Shown here piece after piece: positions 63,487-64,000 of a stretch of DNA of 64,000 nucleotides. Source of the DNA: Squalus acanthias. Its lineage: Eukaryota. Below the pieces are notes generated by a model. The model had not been told where the DNA came from, ran no database searches, and saw only the letters and a list, made by a program, of their open reading frames with translations. The DNA is taken from the NCBI GenBank assembly GCA_030390025.1, contig CM059432.1, positions 48,920,001-48,984,000 on the forward strand, written 5' to 3'. The translations under genes were made by a program, and so were the position numbers. The number at the start of each line of letters is the position of its first letter. Position 1 is the stretch's first letter.

Positions 63487-64000
63487 ACAGCAAAATACTG
63501 CAGATGCTGGAAATCCGAAATAACAACAGAAAACGCTGGAAAAACTCAGCAGGCCAGGCAGCATCCATGGAGAGAGAAACAGAGTTAACGTTTCAGGTCG
63601 AAGACCTTTCGTCAGAACTGGAAAAAAGCAGGAAATGAAATAGATTTAAAGCAAGTATAATGCTGGGAAAAGAGGGAGGGGATGAAAGAACAAAAGGCAA
63701 GGTCAGTGGTGGGATAGAAAGCAGGAGAGATTAAGAGACATAAAGAGATAATCAAGGCAAGAGGAGGTGTTAATGTGACAGGTTGAGGCTAGATGAAGTG
63801 TGAACTGGGCTGGCAGAATGAAGGACAGCTGCCAGCTTCTGGGAGGGGAAAAAAAGGCCAAACAAAAGGGTGGATGAAAAAATAAAATTAAAAAAAATAT
63901 ACGTGATAGGGGCCAAGGTTATGATCTGAAATTGTTGAACTCGATGTTGAGTCCAGAGGGCTGTAGGGTGCCTAAACGAAAGATGAGGTGCTGTTCCTCG
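63487..64000 (-). mobile_element. Penelope-like element 3' end (GIY-YIG C-terminus, 3' UTR/pLTR), running off the right edge
   Basis: Reverse complement of 63920-63999 encodes EEQHLIFRLGTLQPSGLNIEFNNFRS*, the typical PLE C-terminal E...I..L.T..P.GLN motif. Confidence 0.88.
63583..63619 (-). ncRNA. Minimal type I hammerhead ribozyme motif in the PLE repeat
   Basis: Minus strand AGTT-CTGACGA-A-AGGTC TTC GACCT-GAA-ACGT-T-AACT: stem I AGTT/AACT, perfect 5-bp stem II, palindromic ACGT stem III. Confidence 0.7.

Overview
Vertebrate, repeat-dense, intronic or intergenic DNA. The repeat content (CR1/HER1-type LINEs, Deu-domain SINEs, Penelope foldbacks, GC-rich Harbinger MITEs) points to a cartilaginous fish, probably a shark; this is inference. 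No host gene can be identified; there is only a weak pair of candidate minus-strand exons at about 15.85-16.1 kb. The window opens with a 4.9-kb G-rich 22-23-bp minisatellite, followed by many nested mobile elements. The most interesting object is a ~3.3-kb CR1-superclade LINE ('family A'), present as two full-length copies and several partial ones. It has no ORF1 and begins with a tRNA-like head carrying Pol III A and B boxes. By eye its sense strand has no TTTT Pol III terminator, and there is no in-frame ATG before or within the endonuclease domain. Together these suggest a Pol III-transcribed, non-AUG-translated autonomous retrotransposon. Other points: a solo LTR with a 4-bp TSD, a near-intact CR1 inserted in frame into family A, a tail-out inverted CR1 pair, Penelope hammerhead ribozyme motifs, and Harbinger deletion derivatives that keep the starts of both genes. 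Family names come from motif recognition, not database searches, and the boundaries of old elements are approximate.
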